DNA from: Mobula hypostoma
Lineage: Eukaryota
NCBI RefSeq assembly: GCF_963921235.1
Contig: NC_086097.1
Span: forward strand, 161,760,001 to 161,824,000
Direction of reading: 5' to 3'
Length of the DNA: 64,000 bases
Below the pieces are notes generated by a model that was not told the origin of the DNA, searched no databases, and worked only from the letters and a program-made list of their open reading frames with translations. Positions within the stretch are counted from its first letter, which is position 1, and every line of letters starts with the position of its first letter. Positions 24,950 to 37,624 of this stretch are shown here, in pieces. Position numbers and translations under genes: made by a program.

Positions 24950-25715
24950 TAAGTCAGTATCCTGGTATATACTACACTATGAAGACAAAAGAACACTCCA
25001 AGCAACTTGTAGAGCAGGCTGTCCTCAAAAATTGAGAAGGGGACTTGAGAGAGGTCACCGAGACCTATGACAATTCTGGAAGAGTTACAAGCTTCAGTAG
25101 CTGAGATGGGAGATACTGCACATACAACCATGGTTCCCTGGGTTCTTCATCAGCCGCAGCTTTATGTGAGAGTGGCAATACGAAAGCCACTATTGGTGGG
25201 GGGGGGGGGAGGACTCATGAAATCTTGATTAGGGTTTGCCACAAGACATATGGGAAACTCTGAAGGCAGCAGGAAAAAGGTTCTGTGTCTGATGAAACCA
25301 AAATTGAGCTTTTTGGCTATCAGACTACACGCTATGTTTGGCTTAAGCCTGACACTACACATCATCAAAAACGCATCATCCCCATGCAATCTGACAGAGC
25401 TTGGGCAGTTTTGCAAAGAAGAATGGGGAAAAATTGCAGTGTCCAGATGTGTAAAGCTGTTGGAGACCTGTCCATACAGACTCAAGGCTGTAATTGCTGC
25501 TAAAGATGCATCTACTAAATACTGACTTGAAAGGGGTGAATACTTGAGCAATAAATTATTTTGTTTTACATTTGTAATTAATGTAGGTCGCTTTGTAGAA
25601 ATCTGTTCTCATTTTGACATAAAAGAACCAAATTAAATTCACTGTGATACAATGTTGTAAAACAAGACATGAAAGCTTTGGGGAGGTCGGGGGGAAGTAC
25701 TTTTTATAGGTGCTG
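24950..25715 (+). mobile_element. Internally deleted Tc1-like transposon
   Basis: MKTKEHSKQL start relic, SDETKIELFG, NLTELGQFCKEEWGKI..RLKAVIAAKDASTKY; ends TAGGTGCTG|TA. Confidence 0.85.
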
Positions 25716-25789
25716 TATGCACTCTGATAATAAATTTACTTTGAACTTTGAAAGACTTTGACACACTTCTATAGATGAACTGTGAAAAT

Positions 25790-26318
25790 GCATTATAGCC
25801 TGATAAGAGAATACCATTGCCCAGGAATAGAAACGGCTACAGAAAGGGGTGGATACAGTCCTATCCCTCACGCGCAAAGCCTTGCAAACCATTGAGCACA
25901 TTTACATGGATTGCTGCCAGAAGCAAACAGCATCACCAACCCCCAGCATTCAAGCCATGCCCTCTTCTCACTTCTACCCTTGGGCAAGAGGTACTGAAGC
26001 CCTAAGTCCCACACCAACAGGTTCAGGAACAGTTATTATCCTACAGCCATCTGGCTCCTAAATTGGCATGGATAACTTCAATCACCACCATTCTAAACTG
26101 ATTCTACGATCTACAGGCTCACTTTGAAGGAGTCCTTACAACCTGTGTTCACAGTTTATCTTTGGCGCATTAGTTGTTAGTCCGGTCTTTGTACAAATAT
26201 TTTTTTAATATTCTATTGCATTTCTTTTTTCCCATAATTTCCTGGAAGGAAATTTATTACAGGGTAGTGTAAGGTAACATGTATATGCTTTGATAATAAA
26301 TTTACTTTGAACTTTGAA
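25790..26318 (+). mobile_element. Rex1/Babar-like LINE 3' end
   Basis: RFRNSYYPTAIWLLN relic; ATAATAAATTTACTTTGAACTTTG tail. Confidence 0.75.
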
Positions 26319-27169
26319 TATTTGAGCTTGTGTATTGTTAAATTATTTGTTTCTATAGTCTGTGCTGTTTAAAACGAGTTCTGAAAGTAGCTTTGAGAAT
26401 TTGCAGTGCTGTGGTATAGAACAGGATGAATGGAATTGTTGTACTTGGAGCCAGTTCAAGCTTGGTATGGGTTACTTTCAGTTCTGGGTCTGTTCAGCAT
26501 CTTTTAAAATCATATTAAATATTTGGGTAATTGAAATTGCAAAAGTACACATTACAACGATGAAAGTAGTTCAATTGGAGCCCATTTCTCTATTGTTGTT
26601 TTGAGTGCATTTTGTTCACTAATTCTCAATGAGTTGTATGGTAAAAAGACACCTACCTATTCTAAATGTGAAAAAAACATGAAGCTATCTTGCTTGAAAG
26701 CAGGTTTGTGGAGCTATTCGATGTTTATGCAGCTGCATGAGCTGCAATGACTATGTTTCCCAATTAGCCTTTTAGTTTCCTTTGGATGCATCTGCTTGTA
26801 GCTTAGAGAGACTTGCTCTTGTAGTTATTTCGAGTTACTTGTAATAATGACTAAATTTGGAATTGGAGCCTTGGTCTTTTTTTTATTGTTCCTTCAGTTG
26901 TGTGTTCTCCTTGAACCCTCTTGGTTTACATTTTAAAAATAGTCCTGTTGTAAAATTTCTTTAACCATTGGGCATTGATAATCGTACAGTCTTGCGATAC
27001 AGAAACAGACTCTTTAGCCCACCATGTCTTGCATTGACCAAGTATCAATCCCATCTCCATTTTTCACCCAAATTTTTGAAGTAAATCCAACCCTCACACA
27101 AAAATACAGATAGTTATGCTGTCAAAATTCACACTGCCATACAATTAATTATTGCTTTATGAAAAATAT

Positions 27170-28305
27170 CATAGATAAGGATTTCATAAAGTGCATTATA
27201 TGGGGCTGCTTAACAAGATAAGATTCAATGGTGTTACAAGAAGCATATCGGTATGGATAGAGGAATGGCTGGCAGGCAGGAGGCAGTGAGTGGGAATAAA
27301 GGGTGCCTTTTCTGGTTGGCTGCCAGTGACTTGTGGTGTTCCTCGAGTCAAAATTGGGACCGCTACTTTTCACATTGTTTTTCAGTTATTTAGATAGTGG
27401 AATTGGTGGCTTTGTGGCCAAGTTTGTGGATGATACAAAGATGGGTGGAAGAGTAAGTAGAGATGAGGAAGCAGTGCGATTACAGCAGGACTTCGACAAA
27501 TTGGACAAATGGGCAAAAAAAGTGTTGGCAGATGGAATACAATGTTCGGAATTATATGATGCATTTGGTAAAAGGAACAAAAGTGCAGACTGTTATCTAA
27601 ATGGGGAGAAAATTCAAACATCAGAGATGCAGAGCGACTTGGGAGTCCTTGTGGTGGACTCCCAGAAGGTTGCTTTACAAGTGGTAAACAGGACAAGTGC
27701 CATGTTGGCATTTATTTCAAGGGGAATAGAATATAAAAGCAAGGCGATAATGCTGAGGCTTTATAAGATACTAGAAATATTGTCAACAGTTTTGGGCTCC
27801 ATATCTCAGAAAAGATATGTTGTCATTGGAGAGAGTCCAGAGGAGGTTCACAAGGATGATTCCAGGAATGAAGGGGTTAACATATGAGGAGCGTTTGGCA
27901 GCTTTGGGCCTGTACTCACTGGAATTTAGAAGAATGTGTGGGCACATTAGAAGGACTAGATAAGATGGATGTGGAGAGGACGTTACTGATGGTGGGGGCA
28001 TCCAGAATTAGAGGGCACAGCCTCAAAATTGAGGGGTGACCTTTTAGAACGGAAGTAAGGAGGAATTTTTCAGCCAGAGAGTAGTAAATTTGGAATGCTT
28101 TGCCACAGACTGCGGTGCAGGCCAAGCTTATGGGTATATTTAAAGCAGAGTTTGATAGATTCCAGAATGGTCGGGGCATTAAGGAATATGGTGAGAGGGC
28201 AGGTATACGGGGTTGAATGGATCCGGGATCAACCATGATTGAAATGGCAGAGAGGACTCAATGGGCTGAATGGCCTAATTTTGCTCCTACGTTTTATGAT
28301 TTTAT
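27170..28305 (+). mobile_element. Decayed CR1 LINE (RT to 3' tail)
   Basis: LGPLLF..KFVDDTK, AFISRGIEYKS in ORF 27333-27887; tail TTTGCTCCTACGTTTTATG. Confidence 0.9.
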
Positions 28306-29879
28306 AACCCATATCCAACACTTAACCTTGTAGGATGTAGGAAGTGCATGACATAAATGTATCCTGTGTGTGTTACTGGGTTTCCTCTAATTCACAAGCA
28401 ACATAATGGTGAATGAATAGTCTTCCTCAGCTGTTTTTTTTAAAAACACAGGACACCATGTTAAAACAATAACAGGTACTGTATCATAACAATGCCATCC
28501 ATTTATTCATAATATTTTTAGCAACAAAATTTCTCCATTTTGGATCTCAAGTTTGCTTTGCTTTAAATTCCTGAATCGAGATGGCAGAATTCCATTGACT
28601 TAATCCTTACTACTTGAACTGTTTTGACAATGATTAGGATTTAACCATTGTAAAATGTTGTATAGTTGTAAAAAACGAGCAGAAAATTGTAAAAAAAAAG
28701 AATTTGGATATAGTTTCTGGTAATTCTGTCTTAGGTTATCCATGAATGAAAGCATATTCTTAAAAGCCATTGACAAGTTAAGAAACAGAAATGTATTCTC
28801 ACTATTTCTGGTTTATTAGCTTCAGAAGGTGGCCATGCATATATTGATGTTAATTGAGTGTGAAGCTATAGGGCATGGAGGCAATTTTTAAAAAAGGGAG
28901 CTGCCGAAAATCAATATTCCACATGCTTCAAAGTATCCAAATCTGTATTACACAGTCAAAATGTTTTGCTGAGATTTCTTGATGATAAAATAATTTAGTT
29001 ATTACCAATTGTAAGGAACAAATGTATATTCTTCTGTTTATCACATAACAGAAAATAGTAGTTGGTCTTTTTTGCTTTAATGTGTTAATATGAAAGACTT
29101 GAAGCTTAAGGAAGAATACCCTCCTAATAATTTTTTTGGCAGTTTTTAAATAATTATTTTTCTATGGAGCAAAGGATGGAAGAATTCTTGTCTTCCATGG
29201 CACCCATCCAGCTATTTTACTGAGTTGTTTCTTAGAAGCTGAACTGATCTTCAGAAGTAATGATGTGTAGTTGCTTAGGTGAGATGAAATATAGTAGAGT
29301 TTGTACAGGAATAATTTTGCTATGTGAATTAAACTGCCACTCAATTTTAACTTTGGAAAAACAAAGTAGTCCCATGTGTATTTGATTGTATGGAAATATG
29401 CAATGCCAATTTACCCTCCCTGGTATTCAGTATCCAATACTGAATGTATAATGAATAGAGTTTTACTTTGCCTTGTGGAATGCAACCTTTGTTTGCAAAG
29501 CAGCATTTATTTGGCACCTGAGATGAAAACAGAAAATATTGGATGAATTCCACCACTCAGGCAGAATATGTGGAACGAGAAACAATTGACCTCATGCACA
29601 ACACTTAGAACTTTGGATGTTGCTCATTTGAGAGTGCAGTGGGGGTCATGAATAATAGTGTGAACATAATGAATAAACTCTTCTTGGCCTTCCAGCCTGG
29701 TACAGGTGTTGATTTTTAACTGGCATTTAGATGACAAATCTTCATCAGGAATGATGCCTGGGCATGTCTAGTCCGGTGGTATTAATACTCCTGTCATCTG
29801 TCACTCTTGATTGGTTAGTCCTTGTCTAATTAAGTTTCTGCTATCCTACCTTGTTGACGGTCAAATTCCAGTTCTTAGA

Positions 29880-30860
29880 GTGTTTTCCTTTAAGCTTTCC
29901 CCATCCTATCTTTGAATATATTTCTTTTAGTATTTGATATTTCTGTGCTGGGGAAAAAAATCTGCTTTATCTGAGCCTCTCATGTACTTCTATCATGTTA
30001 CTCAGTTTCTGATGCTGAGGAGAAAACAATTCACATTTGTCTAACTTCTCCTAATAGCTAATATACTCTAATCTAGACGATGATGAGCCACATAAACCCA
30101 CTGGAAGCCTCTACATTCTTCCTGTAATGCGGTGATCAGAACTGCACTGAATTTCTAAATGTTGCCTAACCAAAGATGTTGTTTTTCTTTACAGCTGAAT
30201 GTCTTCCTGGCACCCTGACTGCTGTATGCAAGTATGCCATATGCCACCTTTATCACCCTATTTACTTGCGTTGCCAGATTTAGGGAGCTGTTGGCTTGAA
30301 CCACAGGATCCCTCTGCACATCAATACTCCCAAGGGTCCTGCTATTTACTCAATGCCCTCCTAGGTATGCCCTTCCAGAGTGCACACCTCTCACTTCTCT
30401 GGATTAATCTCTTATCTGCTATTTCTCTGCCCACATTTCCACTTGGCTATAGTGTTTAACAACTTCTGTCACTGTTCACAACTCTGTAATTTTCATAGAA
30501 GCTTGCTATCCAACTCACCTAGACTTTGGTTAAAATAATTTTGTATATCACATACAATAATGGTCCCACCACTGCTCACAGAACTTGCATCAGAATAATG
30601 ACCTTGTACCACCATCTTCTGTCTTCTCTGGCAAAGCCAATACTGCCTTCAGTCTACTAAGTCCCCTTGCAACACATGTTCCTTAATTTTCTGGATTAGT
30701 CCACCATGAGGAACCTTGTCAAAACTTTATTAAAGTCCATGTATGATATCAACTGCCTTACAATGATCTTCTTAAAAAATACTCAGTTAAGTAAGTTTAT
30801 GAGACATAACCTCCTGTCATATATCCATGCTGACTGGCCCTACTAAATTCATGCTTTTCC
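29880..30860 (-). mobile_element. Old CR1 LINE relic
   Basis: CCATGAGGAACCTTGTCAAAACTTTATTAAAGTCCATG (MDFNKVLTRFLM, a decayed DFSKAFDKVPH) and GATCAGAACTGCAC. Confidence 0.65.
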
Positions 30861-33800
30861 AGATGAGAGTTGGAAATTGAGAAAAGTGGGAGAGTATCTG
30901 ACAATAGTGTGGCAACATGGAAGCCAGTTCAGAATTGGCCAATTTGAGATTAGAGTGCCAGTAGAGGAGCAGAAAACTATATATTAGCAATAAAATTCAG
31001 ATGATCCAGCACAGAAAACGATGATTTTGAAATTAGTGAAGGAGGTTTCTGTTGTAGACCCAGATTTGAAACAGTGAAGGAGATTATTGTAAATAAAAAT
31101 TTCAGTCTAATCTTTTTGCTCAAATGAAAGATAAAATTATTTTCCCCATTGTTCCTGCATTATGACTTTTATTCATGTTTGCCAGAGAATTGACATTAAT
31201 GAAATTTGGTTTCACTTCAAATTTCAGGAAAGGTTAAGCAATCAGTTATGTATTGAGCTTTTGCTTGTAATGTGTCAAAGTTCAAATGTGATTTTACCAA
31301 ATTATTTTAGGATTGTCCAGTAATTTGGTCAGTTGATATTATTAGTGAGTGTACATCTTCTCAAAGACCTGAAATATTTGCTCTTCTGTTCTCAAAGATG
31401 CTGCTTGACTTGTGAAGTTTCCCCAATGTTCTGTGTTATTAGTATTTTGCCATTGCATTTTAGCAATAACAGCAAAAGATTATTTTACATGAATTTATCA
31501 GTTTTCTTTGCCAAGAAATTTTAAATTCTGTAAATGTTAATTGGCTTCAGTATGTATTGATTTACGTTGATTAGCATGCTTTTGATATTCAATGTAAATT
31601 GCATGCTGAAGCTACATTGAATAACATACTTTCATATTCAGTCTGGGAAGCAAACAGGTGAGGTACATGAACAGAGCAATTGAAACCTAAACCCTAGTGT
31701 TTTGTAACATGAATAACCTTGGATAATTGGAAGTCATGCATCATATAACTAATATTTAGTACAAGGCAATAGCTAACCATTTTAATTACAAGACTTATTT
31801 TTAAGCAGAATGTTTTAATGGAAGTGTTGTACGTGTGAGTGCATTTGAGTTACATTTTTGGTTATTTTTGTTAGCCCTTCAAGTGCAATGGAAGAATCAA
31901 TGAGTGTCAGTGTTATTTCATAATGCAACAGGAAAATATACAATTTGTCTGTGGAAGTTATTGCTAAATGACAGAACTATTATCACTGTACTCTTTATTT
32001 TCTTCTACCCTTTGATTTTAGAGGAATGTAGACCAATATTTTACAATGTTATCTACAGCTTTGGAGACATGTCTCTTTTTCTTCCACCAGATGGGCTAAA
32101 CTTTATAATTTATTCACAGCCCACAACCTGGGAGGCAGAGCAGAGAAAAAAACAGAAATTGATAAGCACAATGCTGCCCCAGTGTTCTGGTCAGGAACAG
32201 ATGAATAGCAAATCAGGATTTTTTTTCAGAAGATTGAAATGCGGGGGATCAAAGCACAAGTTTATTTTGAGCCTATTGTGTGAATGTTGGCACTTTGCTA
32301 ACTTAGTTTTATTGTAGATTATTAAATGTGCATTTGATGCTTCAAAATTTAGTTCTTGCTAGAAAGTGTGGTAATCTCGGTAAGGCTTTCTTTAAAAGAA
32401 AGTGGAATAAATGACATCAGTGACAACATTGATTTATATTTACTTCACAATCATTTAAAAATGCTGTAGTACTTTTGAAAAATTGGTATATTGAAGAAAA
32501 TTAAGGCTTCAAATAATTCCTGGATTGTGTACCTTTGAGCATTGTGGCATGATTTAAATGCTATGTAGTACAGTGTTATAGAGTCTGTTTATGTGAGCCT
32601 CAGCTGTTACATTACCATGCAGACCCCAGGGATACATGGGCCAGAGGGAAGTTACAAAAATACATGAACCTTAAACAGTGAGGTGGTGACAACATGATTG
32701 TGACTTCGAACAGGATGTAGACAAAGGACACCATAAAAGTGTTCCTATTAAGTATATATAACATAATTAGACAGTCTGATACCTGATAAATCTGAAATGT
32801 TAAAAGCTTGATGAATTCAAAAAGATTTTAGTAACACCACTGGGATTCACAACCCTTTCTAAAAGAATTGCCTTAGCAGATGCTAATGCATGCTGCAGTC
32901 AGTGTATATCTGATATTTTAAAAAAATATTGTTAAATCTATTGTGTGACCAAGAGGCTTGCGTGAATGTGACTCTGCTCTTGAATTCTAGAGCAGCAGTT
33001 ACAACTTTGATAGCAATTGTATTTCACAGTCCAGATTAGAGTTAATCATTGCCAACATAACTGCTGCTTTATTTTCAACTGCAGATTAAATTATATGGAC
33101 TGTACCCATCTGTGAGACAAATAGTCTGGTCTGCTGGAGCTTGTGGGTTGCAATGATTGATGTATATTGTTTCTGATGTGCAGCTTTTGGGTGCTGTGCA
33201 GCAACAAAAGAGTCACGTCATGGTGCTTTAATGCAGGGCTTAGAGCCATTTTTTTCCCCTTTCTCATGTTCAGTTGCTTTGCTGATTTGCCGATGAATTG
33301 CTGCTTTTCTGAACTGATCACTGCTAAATAATATTGCATAAGCATTGTGGAGTTGTTGAGGTTGGGCAAGCAATTGTTTATATGGATGATTTTCTTAATT
33401 GGAAGATGAATAATAAATATTTTGGTAAGTTAATTTATTATGTATTTTCTGATTAATGTAACAATACAAGCTGCATGAATTTCAATTTCCAGATAATTGT
33501 ATGTTAATTTGAAAAGTTGATATTTTATGAGCAAGTCTGTATTGGCACAGCAGAGATATTACTGGTAGAGCAAAATTTAGTTATGTAATTCTGTCGTTTT
33601 TTTTTCAAATTGCACAGGCTTCTGATCATGAAATAAGTAATATTAAAAAGCTACCATTGACTTAGTGTCTGATACTGGTCATTAAAAGACACATGGGGTT
33701 TTAAAACTACTGTTTGAGAGTTGGATTCACGCATTGAGAATTGAAATGCATAACTATCTGTAAAATGGTTGATTCCATATGTTTGTGAGTGATGGCAAAA

Positions 33801-34664
33801 GATAAAACAATTTATAATTTAGCTTGATATAAATCAGGAGGATGTCACATTATGTGTGATGTATGGCAGATTTTGCATGAGTACTTCATGTTGCTATTGA
33901 AAATTCATGATGTGCCTTTTTAGCTAAACCAAGTATATTGTCTTGAAATACCTTTTCTGTTTTTAGTCAGTTTCATAGCAAATTAAATTTATAACATGTT
34001 AAACATAAATTCAAACAGTTGATATAAAATCAGAATAGTATCAACCTTATTCAGAATTACAGTTCCTTTCGTCAACTATCCTGATATCAGTCAATTTGTC
34101 TTTTGGTACTTTAATCTTGAACATTGCTTTGTTTCCATAGCTGTATACTTTATTGTGATTTGAATTTATTTAATTCAGATTAGCCCATCATCTTTAAATG
34201 GCTTTTTGCGTTACAGTATTGGAACTTCAAGTCTGGCCTATACCAGTAGCTGAATATTTCTGTATTGATAACATTCTGCAGTGATGAATTCTGCTCAGTC
34301 ACTGCAAGAATGGAAAATGATTGTAATTGATTTCTGGCTTAAAATAAATAATAAAAGAACTTACCTTAAAAATGCAGTGCAATGAGCTTGTATTTTTTTT
34401 TCTTCTGAGAGCTTAAGCCATGTCCACAGATCTTAACCTCTTTCTTTCAATGTCATAAAACAACAGTTCAACTTTCCACACAATCTTCATCTCTGCCTTA
34501 GATCTGAGACTCCCCCCTACACACATTTCCCATTCTTGAATCCAAAATTAGCCTTCTCCCATCAGTGTTCACTTTGCCATCTGTTTGTAAGTCAGCAGTA
34601 GGTCCTAAATAGTATCAGCTTTAGGAGCCATTCTGTTTACTTTCTTTGTCTGCTTGAATTTATT

Positions 34665-35240
34665 CACTTATTTAGAGATACAGCGCGGAATTGGCCCTTT
34701 GAGCCGCACCATGCAGCATCTCCCGATTTAACCCTGGCCTAATCACATGACAATTTACAATGATCAGTTAACCTACTCACTGGTATGTCTTTGGACCATG
34801 GGGGGGGGGGAAGACTGGAGTACAGTAAACTGTCGAGTTCAATTCATGACCTTGTGCTCTATGTACTGTGCAGTTAATATATTTTGTAGTTTGAAGAATT
34901 TTAGTTATTGTGCTATGTGATAAATATGTTGTGCAGAATTGTGGGTGCGAGATCATTTGGAGTATTCAAAGAGGGTGCCATGAAGGTGTAGTGTTGGTGT
35001 GATGCTGTTGCAGCTATGGGGCTTTCCAGAATTTGGAGTTCAATTGTGGTGCTATTCTGAAAGGAGAGTGTACATCCTCCCTGTGAAATGTGCGGGTTTC
35101 TCTGGGTCCTCAGGTTTCCTCTGATAATCCAAAAACATATCGGGTAGATTAATTGGTCATTGTAAATTGTCCCATGATTAGATTAGTGTTAATCAGATTT
35201 GCCTGGGGTTGCTGGATCCAGAAGGCCCGATCGTATTGGT
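34665..35240. mobile_element. Two related SINE fragments in opposite orientation
   Basis: CATGACAATTTACAATGATCAGTTAACCTAC (~34750) is the reverse complement of GGTAGATTAATTGGTCATTGTAAATTGTCCCATG (~35150). Confidence 0.7.
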
Positions 35241-35719
35241 GGTGCAGGTTTATAAGGATGTCGCATATCCAGGAAACTCTGTGACTCTGACTCAAGTGGG
35301 ACAGCTTCAGGAAGGCACCTTGGTCAGGATGGGAGAATTGAGCTAAAGGACTTGTTTCTGTACTTTGACTTGAGATGACTTTTCATCAAAAGTTGAACAG
35401 TGAGAAAGCAAGTATGTTTTGTGTTGCAGTGCAGGGGTTAGGTTAACAAAGAAACAGTCGAAGATTAAGAGAATCCTGATACAGTTGATAACATCAGAGA
35501 TTGATGAAGGCTTGATACGCGTAATTGATCTGTAAGAGATTGTGTAAATGTAGATGAATGAAGAGAGTGAAAGGAACAGAAAGATCCAAATTGGAAATGC
35601 TGGAACTGGGATGTGGAACATAGCAGTGGCTGGAAATCTGTGGTGAAAAGTAATTTTGGGCATAGGTTGGGTCGCATCAATGGAAGTGAGAAACTGGATT
35701 AATATGGAGGCACAATTAA

Positions 35720-36010
35720 GACTGCAGATATTGAAATGGATCAATACACAAAAAATGCTGGAGAGGTTCAGCAAGTCAGGCAACATCTGTGGAGAGAAAT
35801 GGACAGTAAATATTTTGGGCTGAGACCCAAGACCCTTCAGGACTGGAAAGAAAGGATAGAAGTCAGAACAAAAAGGTGGGGAGGGGAGGGGCATTGGATG
35901 GCACCTGATGGGTAAATTCAGGTGAGAGGGTGAAGATCAGTGGGGGGAGGGGCTGAGTGGGAATGATGTGAGAAACTGGGAAGTGATAGGTGGAAGAAAC
36001 AAAGGCCTAT
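35720..36010 (-). mobile_element. Old Penelope-like 3' fragment with disrupted hammerhead
   Basis: AATGCTGGAGAGGTTCAGCAAGTCAGGCAACATCTGTGG...GGGCTGAGACCC...TTCAGGACTG plus purine-rich tract. Confidence 0.7.
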
Positions 36011-36479
36011 GCCTCTTCCATCAGTGACTGGAAAATAGTAACATGTAATTCAGTGGTACAGTTGCAATCCAGTGGGGGACGAGTTGGTGTCAGAGAACTG
36101 ATGGTTGGGTTCTGCAAAGGAGAGGACAGTGAACTATGCAACAATGCTTCCTTTATTAGCAGATTTTATGACAGTATTGAGAGGAAAGCTGCAAGATCAG
36201 ACTGAAGAAGGTTACAGTGTGTAAAGGTAGTGAAAAAAATCGAGGAAGTCAGCAGTTGGCGATGTATAAATCAAAGGAAGTTGAGGGGTTATAGTTGGAT
36301 TAGGAAATCTGAAGAGGGGAGAAATTGTGTAATAATCCCAGGTGAAGCCTTCTGCCCAAAGAAATGAGGGAAGAAGAGCTTAGTATCATATTATGCTTGG
36401 AATTAATTAAGACTTGGGGAAGATGAAGCTTTGGTCTTTTAAAAATAGGTGGATTCAGAGAGGGGAAGATGAGTAAAAG

Positions 36480-37110
36480 AAAATATTAGCTTTATTTGTC
36501 ACATGTACATTGAAACATACAGTGAAATGTGTTTTGTGTCAGATCAAGTCAGTGAGGATTGTGCTGGACGAGGGTTGCCACACTTCCTGCGCCACCATAG
36601 AATGTCCATGACTCATTAACTCTACGTCTTTGGAATGTGGGAGGAAATTGGAGCACCCAGAGGAAACCCATGCAGTCATAGGAAAAATGTACAAACTTTT
36701 TACAGATAGTGGTAGGAATTGAACTCCGATCTTACTGCTGGCACCGTAATAGCATTACGTTAACTGCCTCACTACCATGCTGTACCACGGATGGTGAAAA
36801 TTCATCAAGGTTCAAGACGAGATGTTTACTTATGCAGTGTGGAGTAGATCCTTCGAGCTATGCCACTTGAGCAAACCTCGACAAACCCAATTAACCCTAA
36901 CCTAATCACGGAACAATTTACAGACCAATTAACCTACCTGGTACATCTTTGGACTGTGAGAGTAAACTGGAGGACTTGGAGAAACCCTTGTATTCCATGG
37001 GGGGAACGTCCAAAGACTCCTTACAGAACAGCACTGTAATTGAGCTCTGAACTCCGGAACACTCTGTGCTACAATAGCATCATGCTAACTGCTATGCTAC
37101 CGAGGCACCC
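36480..37110 (-). mobile_element. Two tandem tRNA-headed SINEs (about 36480-36785 and 36850-37110)
   Basis: TCTTTGGAATGTGGGAGGAAATTGGAGCACCCAGAGGAAACCCA core; heads read on minus as GGTAGCATAGCAGTTAGC and GGAGTTCAAATTCC. Confidence 0.75.
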
Positions 37111-37624
37111 ACGGATAGATGCGGACTTGGGGGAAATGGGAAAGTGGTCTGGCAATAGAATTAAAGAGCTGTTGAAGTGTTTAAAAACAATTGTTTTGTT
37201 CAAAAACCAAATGTGAAAGGGTGAAATGCAACTATAATTCAGGACCGCTTTTAGTGGAGTGAATGAATGCTGCTTGAATTCATAGTGTTAACCATGACTT
37301 TCAGGATACAAGCAAAATCTATGATTTGAGAAACATTGAATAGCTTGAACATGTAATAATGGATGAATCCAATTTGTTAATGGTGACATTTCAGTTGGAA
37401 TCCACATAGAATATCTTTGAGTTGGAGACATGGTTTTGGGAAAGAACCATGGCAATGTATCCTTATCAAAAACAAGAGTAATGTTGAAGAGCTGACTGGT
37501 TCTCTGAAGATGGTGAGCCTAAAGAAATGAGAAATGTAATGATTTATCAGATGGGACAAATAAAGATAGCCTGTGAAAGTGTCGTAGAGATTCTTTCTTT
37601 CAACATTCAGTTATGCAGCTTGTA

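Noticed and set aside
31904..32317. 137-aa ORF in the TE-poor block
   Set aside because: Non-ATG start, composition typical of AT-rich non-coding DNA, no recognisable family
35343..35894. 183-aa minus-strand ORF
   Set aside because: Starts in a Penelope relic; no recognisable motifs
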